Shown here: positions 55,993 through 64,000 of the stretch, in pieces
How the letters are laid out: each line of letters begins with the position of its first letter
Position numbering within the stretch: the first letter of the stretch is position 1
Source of the DNA: Gammaproteobacteria bacterium
GTDB taxonomy: Bacteria > Pseudomonadota > Gammaproteobacteria > Steroidobacterales > Foliamicaceae
DNA length: 64,000 nucleotides
Direction: 5' to 3'
NCBI GenBank assembly: GCA_963665145.1
Contig: OY762064.1
Coordinates: forward strand, 1,588,239 to 1,652,238
The notes under the pieces: model-generated
What the model saw: only the letters and a program-made list of their open reading frames with translations
Database searches by the model: none
Told to the model about the DNA's origin: nothing
Made by a program: the position numbers and the translations under genes

Positions 55993-56100
55993 ATGGGACG
56001 CAAGAGGCAGCAGGCGATGCAGTTGGTGCATCCGAACTACGCAGGTATCGATGTTGGGAAGAGCTCGCACTACGTGGCAGTGGCCGAGACGGCGGCGGAG
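55993..56100 (+). pseudogene. IS110-family transposase N-terminal fragment
   Basis: MGRKRQQAMQLVHPNYAGIDVGKSSHYVAVAE matches the N-terminal DEDD block and then loses similarity. Confidence 0.35.
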
Positions 56101-56498
56101 CGTCTACAGCGACAAATGGAATGGACGCCTCCCGCACTGATGTTCGACGTCCGAGGGCCGCCCCGGACCGGTTGACGTGGAAATCGTAGATTACCACTAG
56201 ACATATATGGTCCGCCCCGTGTTTGCGGCAGGTGGGCTGGTGTGATGGTCAAGATGGGGTGGGTTGCTGACATATATCCGGCCTCTGGTATGGGAATCAT
56301 CGACTCCCGGGCCCTGATGGGATCCGCACACGCCAGCCTCAACATTATGGCGGTCTCGAAGACCCATGCCTAGCACAGGCTCTTGGCGTGCCGGTCTGAC
56401 CCGTTTCACCATCACTCTTGCTGCACTGCGCGCAACCGTGGGCAGACTTCGCTGCCTCAGAAAAAGGGTTGGGCGTACCGTCATCGCGCATCGTCTCC

Positions 56499-57500
56499 TC
56501 AGGCGGCCGGAGCCCGAGGTTCGGCTACAAAGTCCGCTTCCTTGGCCAGGATGGCCCAGGCGGTACGGGCGTTCTTGTTGGCCAGCGCCACGCCCGCGAC
56601 GTTGCGCCCGCGGCGCTGCTCCAACTCGCTGGCCCACTTCCGGCGCCGATCCTGGTGCTTTCCGGCACACCGAAGCACCGAGCGCGCACCGTGGATGAGC
56701 AGTTGTCGCAGATACTTGTCGCCGGTGGTGCGCTGGCGAGGAACCAGACCCAAAAAGGCCGATAGCTCGCGCCCGTTCTGAAAATGTGACCCGTCGCCCA
56801 CCGCCGCCACCAGCGCCGTGGAGGTCATCGGGCCAATGCCGGGAATCTGCTGAAAGCGACGGCAGGCCGACACTTGCCGACTGACCGCCTCAATCTGCGT
56901 ATCGAACGCCTTCACCCGTTCATCCAGGCGCCTCAGTTCATCGGCCAAGTCCGAGATCAGCGCACGGCCTTCCGCCGGCAACTCATTGTCCGCGTCCTCC
57001 AAGACCTCACCGAGCCGCTTGAGCATGGGGCTGAGCCCCTTCGGCAACGCCACTCCATACTCCAGCAAGAACCCATGAATCTGGTTGCCGTGTGCAGTGC
57101 GATCCTTGACCGTCAACTGCCGCGCCCGGTGCAACTGCTGAAGATGCTGCGAAGCTACCGGCTTAACGCCCACAAAACGCATCGAAGGACGACCCGCGGC
57201 CTCCACAATCGCATCGGCGTCGTTGACGTCGTTCTTGTTCGACTTGACATACGGCAAGACAAACTAGGGACTCATCAGCCGAGCCGTATGTCCGCGTCCT
57301 TGCGCAAAACGGCCCCAGTGGTGCGCGCTGCCGCAGGCCTCCAGCGCCACCTCGCAAGGAACCGGCAGCTTGGCCAGATACGAACGCAGTCCCGCCCGAC
57401 CCAAGCGCTTGCGCTCCACGACGCGGTCAGAGGCATCCACCGCCGTGACGTGAAACACCCGCTTGCCCAAATCAATCCCCACTCGTGTAATCTTGTCCAT
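56499..57500 (-). pseudogene. IS110-family transposase with an in-frame TAG (57264-57266)
   Basis: MDKITRVGIDLGKRVFHV...RLMSP*FVLPYVKSNKNDVNDADAI... The two track ORFs are one gene split by a single stop where family members have Gln. Confidence 0.8.
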
Positions 57501-57652
57501 GGCCCGCTCCTTTTCAGCGAAATGAAAACACTTCATTCTGGCCTTCGAGGCCGTCGAAAGGGGGCGGACCATCCCATTATTATGGCCTTTCGCCGCGTTG
57601 TTGCGTGAGTAGGAAGTGGCGGGAGGCCATAATGTCTAGGTAGAGGCGGAAC

Positions 57653-57844
57653 ATGCGCGAACCCATTCATCCTAGCGAGACGTTGCGCGAGGATCTCGAT
57701 GCGCTCGGCAGGAGCGAGGCGCCGGCGAACCACATCACTGAGATTCTCAATGGACCGATGGCTCATGTCAGCGCATGCGCCGCCCCGTTCATGATTCGCG
57801 CGGCATGTTGGCATAGTGATGACTCGATTCTGGACGTTCCCTAA
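57653..57844 (+). pseudogene. degenerate HigA-like antitoxin remnant
   Basis: IHPSETLREDLDALG...ITEILNG resembles the N-terminus of HigA-type HTH antitoxins, but the HTH is not conserved. Confidence 0.25.
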
Positions 57845-57916
57845 CGGAATTCCGTAACCAACGGAAATATAGGAATAAATTCGCTGTAGGATCACTCATA
57901 CAACTGAATCCGCAAG

Positions 57917-58693
57917 GTGTATCGGCACATTGAGCGCTGGCGCAACCAGGCGATCGAGGGCGAGTGTTGCTATGTGTATTTGGACGGCATGGCGTTAAAG
58001 CGCAGCTGGGGCGGTGAGATCAAGAACGTATCGATCCTGGCGGCGATCGGCGTGGATGAGGGCGGCTACCGGCGGGTCCTGGGCGTTGCCGAGGGTCACA
58101 AGGAGGACAAGGCCGGCTGGCTTCAGTTTCTCAAGCACCTGAAGAAGCGCGGCTTGTCCGGGGTTCGTCTGATCGTTTCGGATGCCTGCCTGGGTTTGGC
58201 TGAGGCCGCCGCGGAAGTCTTTCCGGATGCCGACTGGCAGCGCTGCGTGGTGCATTTCTACCGCAAGGTGTTCTCGCATGTACCGCGAAGAAAGGTCCGC
58301 CAGGTGGCCGCCATGCTGAAGGCGATCCATGCCCAGGAGAGCCGTTCAGCGGCCAGGGTCAAAGCCCAGGACATCATTGACATGCTCAAGGCGATGAAGC
58401 TCTCCCAAGCTGCGGAGCTCGTCGCCAAAGCAATCGAGGAGACGTTGACGTATTACGCCTTCCCCTCCCAGCATTGGATCAAGTTGAAAACCATCAATCC
58501 GATGGAACGATTGTTACGCGAGGCGCGCCGGCGAACCAAGGTGGTCGGCACCTTCCCGGACGGGCAATCGGCGCTGATACTGGTGGCCGCGAGGCTACGT
58601 CACGTCTCAACGACCCAATGGGGCTCGCGCAAATACATGAATGTCGTGTTGCTCAAGGAGATGGACAAGGAAGTCGTCTTCGCGGCAGCCTGA
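57917..58693 (+). pseudogene. IS256-family (Mutator-type) transposase, 5'-truncated
   Basis: WRNQAIEGECCYVYLDGMALKRSWGGE...RCVVHFYRKV...NPMERLLREARRRTKVVGTFPD covers only the C-terminal two-thirds or so. Confidence 0.75.
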
Positions 58694-58905
58694 AGAAGTG
58701 ACCGGGACCACCGCTAAATCGGAAAGTGCGAGAGATTCTTGACACTTCCCCAACAGGATGGACCGGCAATACAAGTTCGCCAATCCGAGGTGCGCAATCC
58801 TGAGCCGAAACAAATGCGAAAGTTATGGTCGAATAAAACAGAGAATACGCCGCCGAGTTGTTCCCGGAAATCAACAAGCGCGCATACAGGCGGGTTGGCC
58901 AGTCA

Positions 58906-60423
58906 TCAAACCTCAATGTACTTCGAGAAATCCTTGAGCATTGAAAAGAACGCCGAGTGATCCGTGATAACCCGAGGCATCTTGTATTGATCACCAATAG
59001 TTCCCTTTTGCGCCATCCAACTGAGGAATGCCCCACGGCGCACCAAGCGCACTTCGGGCACCAACAATCCGATCTTGTCGCCTCTATGAATCCGGTAATC
59101 TAGGTTGAGTTGCAAGAGGATCGAATCTATGCAGCTTGCCAACCGCATTGCGTCCGCTTTGTCTGCCGTGCTAACCAAATACACGTGACGACCTCGGCCT
59201 TGATATTGGGCATCTAGGATGGGGCCCACAGCGTACTCTTCGATCGTGACGGATTGCTCTGTTGCGGCGGACCTCACAGCTTTATCGATTTCTTCGGCTG
59301 ACAAATGCTCGCCGAATACGGACAGAGTCTGCGATGTCCGTCCGGTAACAAGTAGTCTGGGCGGCTCACGGTCGATGAACCGTACTATGTCACCCAATAT
59401 ATATGCAAAGAGTCCTGCGCACGTTGTAAGCACGATCGCATAATCTTGGCCAACTTCCACATCCTCGATCCAGTGACGAGTCGGATGTTTTTTGCCCAGC
59501 TCGTTCACTGGGATGAATTCATAGAAAATGTCGCCGCTCAGATTCAGACGCATACCATTCCCCGATCCTACATCTTCGATGGCGATAAAGCCTTCAGAAG
59601 CCGTGTAGAGCTCCAGCCGCTTAGCCCCCGTCTCAATGAGAAAGTCCTTGAATCGCGCATCGTAAATGTCCCACGCCATACCGCTGTGAATCAGAAGCTC
59701 CAGATGTGGGAACGGTTTTCGATCGTCACAGATCTTGTACATCTGTTCCAACAACACGATCATCCAATTCGGCAATCCTCCCCAAACAGTGATCGGTTCG
59801 CTGAAGCAACCGTCTATAACGCGGTCGATCCTCTTGCTCCATTGCTGTAGACTCGTGATTTCGTCAGACGGCCATGCAAACGGGTTGGTCCAAAGTTTGC
59901 GGGTCTTCGCAGAAAGACCGGACATCTTGCCGCTAGAAATACCTGGAGCAAGTCTCGTTAGCGAGGTCGTAGCGCCCATTAGAAACACCTTGCCGGATAG
60001 CAACCGGGACTCGGGCTCGTTGATTGTATGAAAAACAAGGGCGTCCAAGGCAGCACGTCTATTGCTGGCCAACAATCTTTCCGTCACCGGCAGGTACTTC
60101 GTGGATCCAGTGGTAGTTCCTGACGATTCGGCAAACAGCTTTGTCAAACCTGGGCTTGTGATGTTCAGATGTCTAGGGAACGGTGCCGCCCACCAACTGT
60201 GCCAGAAGTCCTCATACGTGGCGACGGGCACGGCCTCCTGGAAGTCCCTGATCGTGCGGATGGACCTGAATCCATGCGCTCGCCCGAAATCCGTATCGGC
60301 GGACCACTGCAGCAATCGTAGCAGTGTATCCCGTTGCGCCTCGCAGGGCCGCGTGTTTCGTAGCTGGCGTATGCGGCGACGCGCATACAGTCTGAGAGCC
60401 TGGCTCATATATGTCATCGGCAC
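58906..60423 (-). CDS. GH3-family (auxin-responsive-promoter family) adenylating enzyme homologue
   Basis: 505 aa. The N-terminal region ..FGRAHGFRSIRTIRDFQEAVPVATYEDF.. and overall length resemble bacterial GH3 (PF03321) proteins as I recall them. Lower GC. Confidence 0.7.
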   Translation of the reverse strand: MPMTYMSQALRLYARRRIRQLRNTRPCEAQRDTLLRLLQWSADTDFGRAHGFRSIRTIRDFQEAVPVATYEDFWHSWWAAPFPRHLNITSPGLTKLFAESSGTTTGSTKYLPVTERLLASNRRAALDALVFHTINEPESRLLSGKVFLMGATTSLTRLAPGISSGKMSGLSAKTRKLWTNPFAWPSDEITSLQQWSKRIDRVIDGCFSEPITVWGGLPNWMIVLLEQMYKICDDRKPFPHLELLIHSGMAWDIYDARFKDFLIETGAKRLELYTASEGFIAIEDVGSGNGMRLNLSGDIFYEFIPVNELGKKHPTRHWIEDVEVGQDYAIVLTTCAGLFAYILGDIVRFIDREPPRLLVTGRTSQTLSVFGEHLSAEEIDKAVRSAATEQSVTIEEYAVGPILDAQYQGRGRHVYLVSTADKADAMRLASCIDSILLQLNLDYRIHRGDKIGLLVPEVRLVRRGAFLSWMAQKGTIGDQYKMPRVITDHSAFFSMLKDFSKYIEV

Positions 60424-60955
60424 CCCCTTTCACTTCTCGCCCGATAATTACGGGCGTAGATTGACGTTAGCTGTGAGTATCGCGTCCCAACTTGCGTGTC
60501 ACGTCGAACTAAGGATGGGAACTCAGAATAGGAAGGTCACATCCGCGGGGCGCGAAATTTCAAATGCAGCTGGTTCTTGCATGAAAGTAAGCCTACATCA
60601 AATCCCTGACTACTGTCCGGGAAAGAGGTGGACCCCATGCGTTGCACAACTTGGCAGCAAGAATAAGGTGTGGTCGGGTTGTTGTAGATGAATGCTGCCG
60701 ATGATACGCGCGAGTTCGGATATGCGCACTCAGCGCTGCTGCGCAGATTTGCTTTGTGCCGCTTAAGCCGAGGAGTGAACGGTCGCGCGGAACCCGTGAG
60801 CCGCCGGTCATTGATGGCCGGAAGCGTGCTTCCAGCCATGCCGAACCCGGTAGCCGCGGGTTGGGTCGCGTCACCTGAAGGGCCGTAGCGCAGCGAAGGA
60901 GCCGCGTAGCGGCTTGACGCGGCGCGAGCCGTGGCGATAAGGCTGGTCGCGTTCA

Positions 60956-61044
60956 TCACGCAGCTTGCCTCAGCAGCGGCTGCGCATAGGTCTCAAACGG
61001 GGTCCGCCCACCAGGCTCGAATGAGGACGCTCCCGGTTGTATAA
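60956..61044 (-). pseudogene. 3'-terminal relic of an rve-type (IS3/IS481-like) integrase
   Basis: The minus-strand translation contains LYNRERPHSSL, then after a frame change GGRTPFETYAQ. Nothing upstream is retained. Confidence 0.3.
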
Positions 61045-61074
61045 CTCGACTCTCGAACACCGACAGTACCGGTG

Positions 61075-61708
61075 AGCGCAGGGTTCTCTACGAGTTCCAC
61101 CCCTGGGCGGGTCGGGATGTCAGCATAGATCAAGTGGTTGCCAGAGGTGGCGTTTCCGTAGCCCGCTGTCGGCTGCCCGGCAACTCGCCTGGTCTTCCGC
61201 TGGAGTTGCCATTGTGCATGTTCGATCGGCTGGCTTGCTCGGCGGTTCGTAGACAGGAGCGTGCGCAAGTCGATTGGATCGCGCTCCAAGCATTGCAGGA
61301 TCTTTTGTCCCAGGTGGTCCGCGACGATGGGGGTGATAGTGACTTCCCCCCGGCGGCTTGTGATCAGCGTTCAGACTTGCGGTCTGGTGACCGAAGTCAA
61401 GGAGCCGATCATGTACCCATCCCGCCCGAAGTCCATCCAGTTCGTTCTGTTCGATCCTCCGGACCGCAGCCGCCCGCTGAACACGCCGCAATGGCGGAGT
61501 CTGCCGCCGCGAACGCGCCGGCGGGCGATTGTCCTGATGGCCCGGTTGTTTCTGGAACATTGCCGGGCCGATGCCGGCGAAGCCGGAGCGGGGGCCAGCG
61601 AGGCGCGCCGGAGCCAGGAGAGCGGTGATGTCTGACAAGCTCCAACGCCATCATCTGCAACGCAAGGCGATCCTGTATATTCGCCAGTTGTCCGTTCATC
61701 AGGTCCTG
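61075..61708 (+). pseudogene. remnant of a serine-recombinase-type element (two small upstream ORFs plus the first ~27 codons of a large serine recombinase)
   Basis: MSDKLQRHHLQRKAILYIRQLSVHQV (ATG 61628) is the typical N-terminus of large serine recombinases and ends abruptly near 61705. The upstream frames (..YEFHPWAGRDV.., MYPSRPKSIQFVLFDPP..) lack clear starts. Confidence 0.35.
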
Positions 61709-63381
61709 CCGATGTGCGGCGCCTTTCGCGTACCCCGTCCACGCATCTGCCGGTAGAGGATCGTGCTGCGCGTGAATCGCGCCATGACGAGACTCACTAC
61801 TTCCGGGCAGTCGAAACCCGTATCCAGCATGTTCACGCTGACGAGTATCTTCGGAAAGTCCTCATCCTTGAAGCGTTTGACGATAGCACCCGCGTCGGGC
61901 GCTGGGCCGCCGCCGACATCGCTCACTACGAAATCCGCGTAGCGCACGGTAGGGTGCGGCTTCAGGTCTGCGAAATGCTGGTCGAACATTTCCGCCAACG
62001 TCTCGGCGTGCCGCCGTGTCACAGCGAAGACGATGGTCTTTCCCCAGGCGGGCCAGCGCCTACCGCCGTCCCTGCCCATGAAGCCCTTTTCGTGTGCGTC
62101 GCGAAACTCCCGGACCAGGGCGCGATTACGCTCAGGTATCGTGAATTTGCGCTCCAGGGCGCGCGGATCCACCGTGATCGAATCCGAGTCGGAGAACAGT
62201 ACCTGGAACTCTTCTCGCGTTTGCCTGTCCATCGTGGTCCAGTCGAGTTCGTCGCGGCGGACCGCAAAGCCGTCTTCGGCGGCGGTTTTCACCGTCATCG
62301 CCTTGTAGATGCGGTAGGGCACCAAGTGGCCCTCCTCGACTGCCTGTCGCAACAGATATTGGAAGGTCGGCTCGGCTAGTTCGAAGAACCGCAGCGTATC
62401 GCGCACGAAAAGGCCGTCCTCCGGATCGGGGAGCTGATCCGCGTCGATCGTACAGGGCGTGGCCGTCAGCCCGAGCTGAATGCCGTCGAAGTGCCGCAGC
62501 ACACCGCTCCATTTGCCGTAGATCGAGCGATGGCATTCGTCGGTGATGACTAGATCGAAGTATCCCGGGGAAAGATCGCGGTATTCCGCAATCATGGTTT
62601 GCAGCGTCGCTATCGTGATGCGCTTGGCGCGGTCGAAGCCGCGGCCGGGCCGTAGAACGTGGCAGGGATAATCACGGAGATGATCGGTAAAGGCGTCCTC
62701 GGCCTGCCGCGCCAATGCAATCCGGTCGACAAGGAACAGGACGCGGGTGACGATGCCCGCCTCGAACAATCGCTTGATGAAAGCCGCAGCCGTACGCGTC
62801 TTGCCGGTTCCCGTGGCCATTTCGACCAGCAGCTTGCGCCGTCCGTTCGAGACTTCGGCGGACAGCGCCTCGATACACTCAATCTGATAGTCGCGATCGA
62901 CGATCTCCCGGTCGATTACGACCGTCGACAGGTCGCGGCGGATCCGGCGCGCGGCGATCCGTCGTTCGAGGTCGTCCTGAGCATAAGAGCCCGCGATCTT
63001 GCGCGCGTGGGCGTCAGTCTCGCGATCGAGGAATCGCACTTCCTCTCCGTTCGACAAGAAGACGAACGGCACGCCGAGCTGTTCGGCGTAGTGCCGTCCT
63101 TGGTCTTGTGCTGTTATCGGATCGGCGCTCGCGCGCTTGGCCTCCAGCGCTGCCATGGGCCGGCCCTGGCGGTCGCAGGGCACATAGTCGGCCTGCGTGC
63201 CGTCGGGCAACGCGTGCTCGAACAGGACGCTTGAACCATCGGTCAGGTTCCAGCCAGCGTCCTTTAGCAGAGCATCAATCTTGACGCGCGCGAAGGCTTC
63301 GGTCGTGCCGCTCATCCAATCGTCCAGGGATTGACGAGCTTGATACAAATGAAGTATTTCGTTTTCAATTCCCATAAACAA
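61699..63381 (-). CDS. HsdR-like helicase/nuclease (type I R-subunit N-terminal PD-(D/E)xK domain + ResIII SF2 helicase), apparently 3'-truncated
   Basis: 560 aa. The nuclease block is ADYV..AALEAKRAS. Motif I is MATGTGKTRTA, II is VITDECHRS, III is LTATP and VI is QMRGRGTR. The ORF ends 10 codons after motif VI at the junction with the recombinase relic. Confidence 0.7.
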   Translation of the reverse strand: MFMGIENEILHLYQARQSLDDWMSGTTEAFARVKIDALLKDAGWNLTDGSSVLFEHALPDGTQADYVPCDRQGRPMAALEAKRASADPITAQDQGRHYAEQLGVPFVFLSNGEEVRFLDRETDAHARKIAGSYAQDDLERRIAARRIRRDLSTVVIDREIVDRDYQIECIEALSAEVSNGRRKLLVEMATGTGKTRTAAAFIKRLFEAGIVTRVLFLVDRIALARQAEDAFTDHLRDYPCHVLRPGRGFDRAKRITIATLQTMIAEYRDLSPGYFDLVITDECHRSIYGKWSGVLRHFDGIQLGLTATPCTIDADQLPDPEDGLFVRDTLRFFELAEPTFQYLLRQAVEEGHLVPYRIYKAMTVKTAAEDGFAVRRDELDWTTMDRQTREEFQVLFSDSDSITVDPRALERKFTIPERNRALVREFRDAHEKGFMGRDGGRRWPAWGKTIVFAVTRRHAETLAEMFDQHFADLKPHPTVRYADFVVSDVGGGPAPDAGAIVKRFKDEDFPKILVSVNMLDTGFDCPEVVSLVMARFTRSTILYRQMRGRGTRKAPHIGRT

Positions 63382-63512
63382 CTGTTTTAAAGTTTCTTTA
63401 ATTCTCGCCGGAAAATGCCGTAAGCATTTCGGAAGCGGTTTGGGGTGAACAGTTGTGCCCTGCTGCGTACTTCTGTCGTGGTAAATGTTTCTCCAGCCGT
63501 GCGATCATTGAG

Positions 63513-64000
63513 CTAGCAGCCTGTCGGACTTAGGGGCTGTATTTTCTTACAATGGGTTCGGTCCAAGCGATGGGGTAATCGAGATGCCGAAGTTTGTGGA
63601 GCGGGATTCGAGCCAAGCCTACCTTTTGCCTCCGGACCTTCGCGAGTGGGTTGCGTCGGACGACTTGGCGCATTTTGTTCTGGAGGCGGTGGAGCGGGTT
63701 CCGATGGAATCGTTCAAGGTGAACGAGCGGGGGACCGGTTCGGCGCAGTATCACCCCCGGATGATGCTGGCGCTTTTGATTTACTGCTATGCGCACGGGA
63801 TATTCGGTTCGCGTCGGATCGAGCGGGCGACGTATCGGGACATCGGCGTTCGGTATGTGACAGCGAACTGTCATCCGGATCATGACACGATCTGCACGTT
63901 TCGGCGGGAGAACTTCGAGGCGGTGGGGGAGGCGTTTTTGCGGGTATTGCTGATGGCGCGGGAGTTGCAGTTGCTGAAGGTGGGCACGGTGAGCGTGGAC
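63513..64000 (+). mobile_element. left end of an IS1182/IS5-superfamily element (continues beyond the window)
   Basis: The terminal sequence CTAGCAGCCTGT resembles the IS5-family IR at 52907. It is followed by a transposase ORF. Confidence 0.6.
63584..64000 (+). CDS. IS1182-family transposase, 3'-partial (open to window end)
   Basis: My own translation from ATG 63584 is MPKFVERDSSQAYLLPPDLREWVASDDLAHFVLEAVERV...YHPRMMLALLIYCYAHGIFGSRRIE.., the typical IS1182 N-terminus. It is absent from the ORF track because no stop is reached. Confidence 0.75.
   Translation, partial: MPKFVERDSSQAYLLPPDLREWVASDDLAHFVLEAVERVPMESFKVNERGTGSAQYHPRMMLALLIYCYAHGIFGSRRIERATYRDIGVRYVTANCHPDHDTICTFRRENFEAVGEAFLRVLLMARELQLLKVGTVSVD

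Noticed and set aside
55410-56670. ORFs of 90-197 aa on both strands between the KASIII gene and the IS110 pseudogene
   Set aside because: The only family-like signal is the short IS110 N-terminal stub. The rest is low-complexity translation of IS debris.
57533-57895. 120-aa minus-strand ORF overlapping the HigA-like remnant
   Set aside because: It is antisense to the only recognisable similarity there and has no motif of its own.
60537-60959. 140-aa minus-strand and 66-93-aa ORFs upstream of the GH3 gene
   Set aside because: They have no motifs and mixed composition. They are likely non-coding sequence between the GH3 promoter region and the rve relic.
1-64000. tRNA, rRNA and CRISPR arrays, with tRNA expected next to the integrases
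   Set aside because: I scanned by eye for T-loop-like GGTTCGA[AT]TCC contexts. The hits near 6360, 18940, 29925 and 31060 lack complementary stems or lie inside genes. I noticed no short regularly spaced repeats. A tRNAscan or CRISPR finder should still be run.

Overview
High-GC proteobacterial chromosome segment; GC was judged by eye and no database search was possible. About 1-18.0 kb is ordinary backbone: a SURF1-family gene, uvrD, trkA/trkH, TRAP dctQM, a MacAB-type efflux operon, an ABC-2 exporter with a TlpA-like redoxin, and an M20 amidohydrolase. This part carries small accessory pockets: an AbrB/PIN TA pair and an IS1380-like relic. From about 18.1 kb to the window end the sequence is a composite mobile/defence island. 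The island contains: (i) a PIN/RHH TA pair. (ii) Two separate PAIRS of tandem tyrosine integrases (19.0-21.4 kb and 26.7-29.3 kb). (iii) Two diverged direct copies of a five-gene module (108-aa protein, five-fold zinc-ribbon repeat protein, 58-aa protein, SSB, DUF2493/SLOG-like fusion) at about 21.5-25.7 kb and 46.9-51.0 kb. (iv) A visibly lower-GC cargo of about 17.5 kb between the second integrase pair and the second module. The cargo carries an SspABCD-type DNA phosphorothioation cluster with no SspE. Immediately after it come a GIY-YIG-like protein, a DGQHR (DndB-like) protein, an SF2 DEAH helicase, a GHKL ATPase and a single-HKD PLD nuclease. This gene set is my best candidate for an unusual or undescribed phosphorothioate-coupled defence effector. 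The cargo ends with an orphan 360-aa protein and a XamI-like type II R-M pair. An exact 18-bp direct repeat (26514 and 51680) brackets integrase pair 2, the cargo and module 2, and may mark att sites. Right of it lie three GTATGC-N5-GCATAC palindromes, a MobC-like RHH gene and an IS graveyard. The graveyard holds a frameshifted IS5-family element, IS110 pseudogenes, a truncated IS256 transposase, rve and serine-recombinase relics and a partial IS1182-like element. Embedded in it are a FabH-like KASIII gene, a GH3-family gene and a 3'-truncated HsdR-like helicase. I recognised no rRNA, tRNA or CRISPR array. Many long antisense ORFs in the track are GC-driven shadows.
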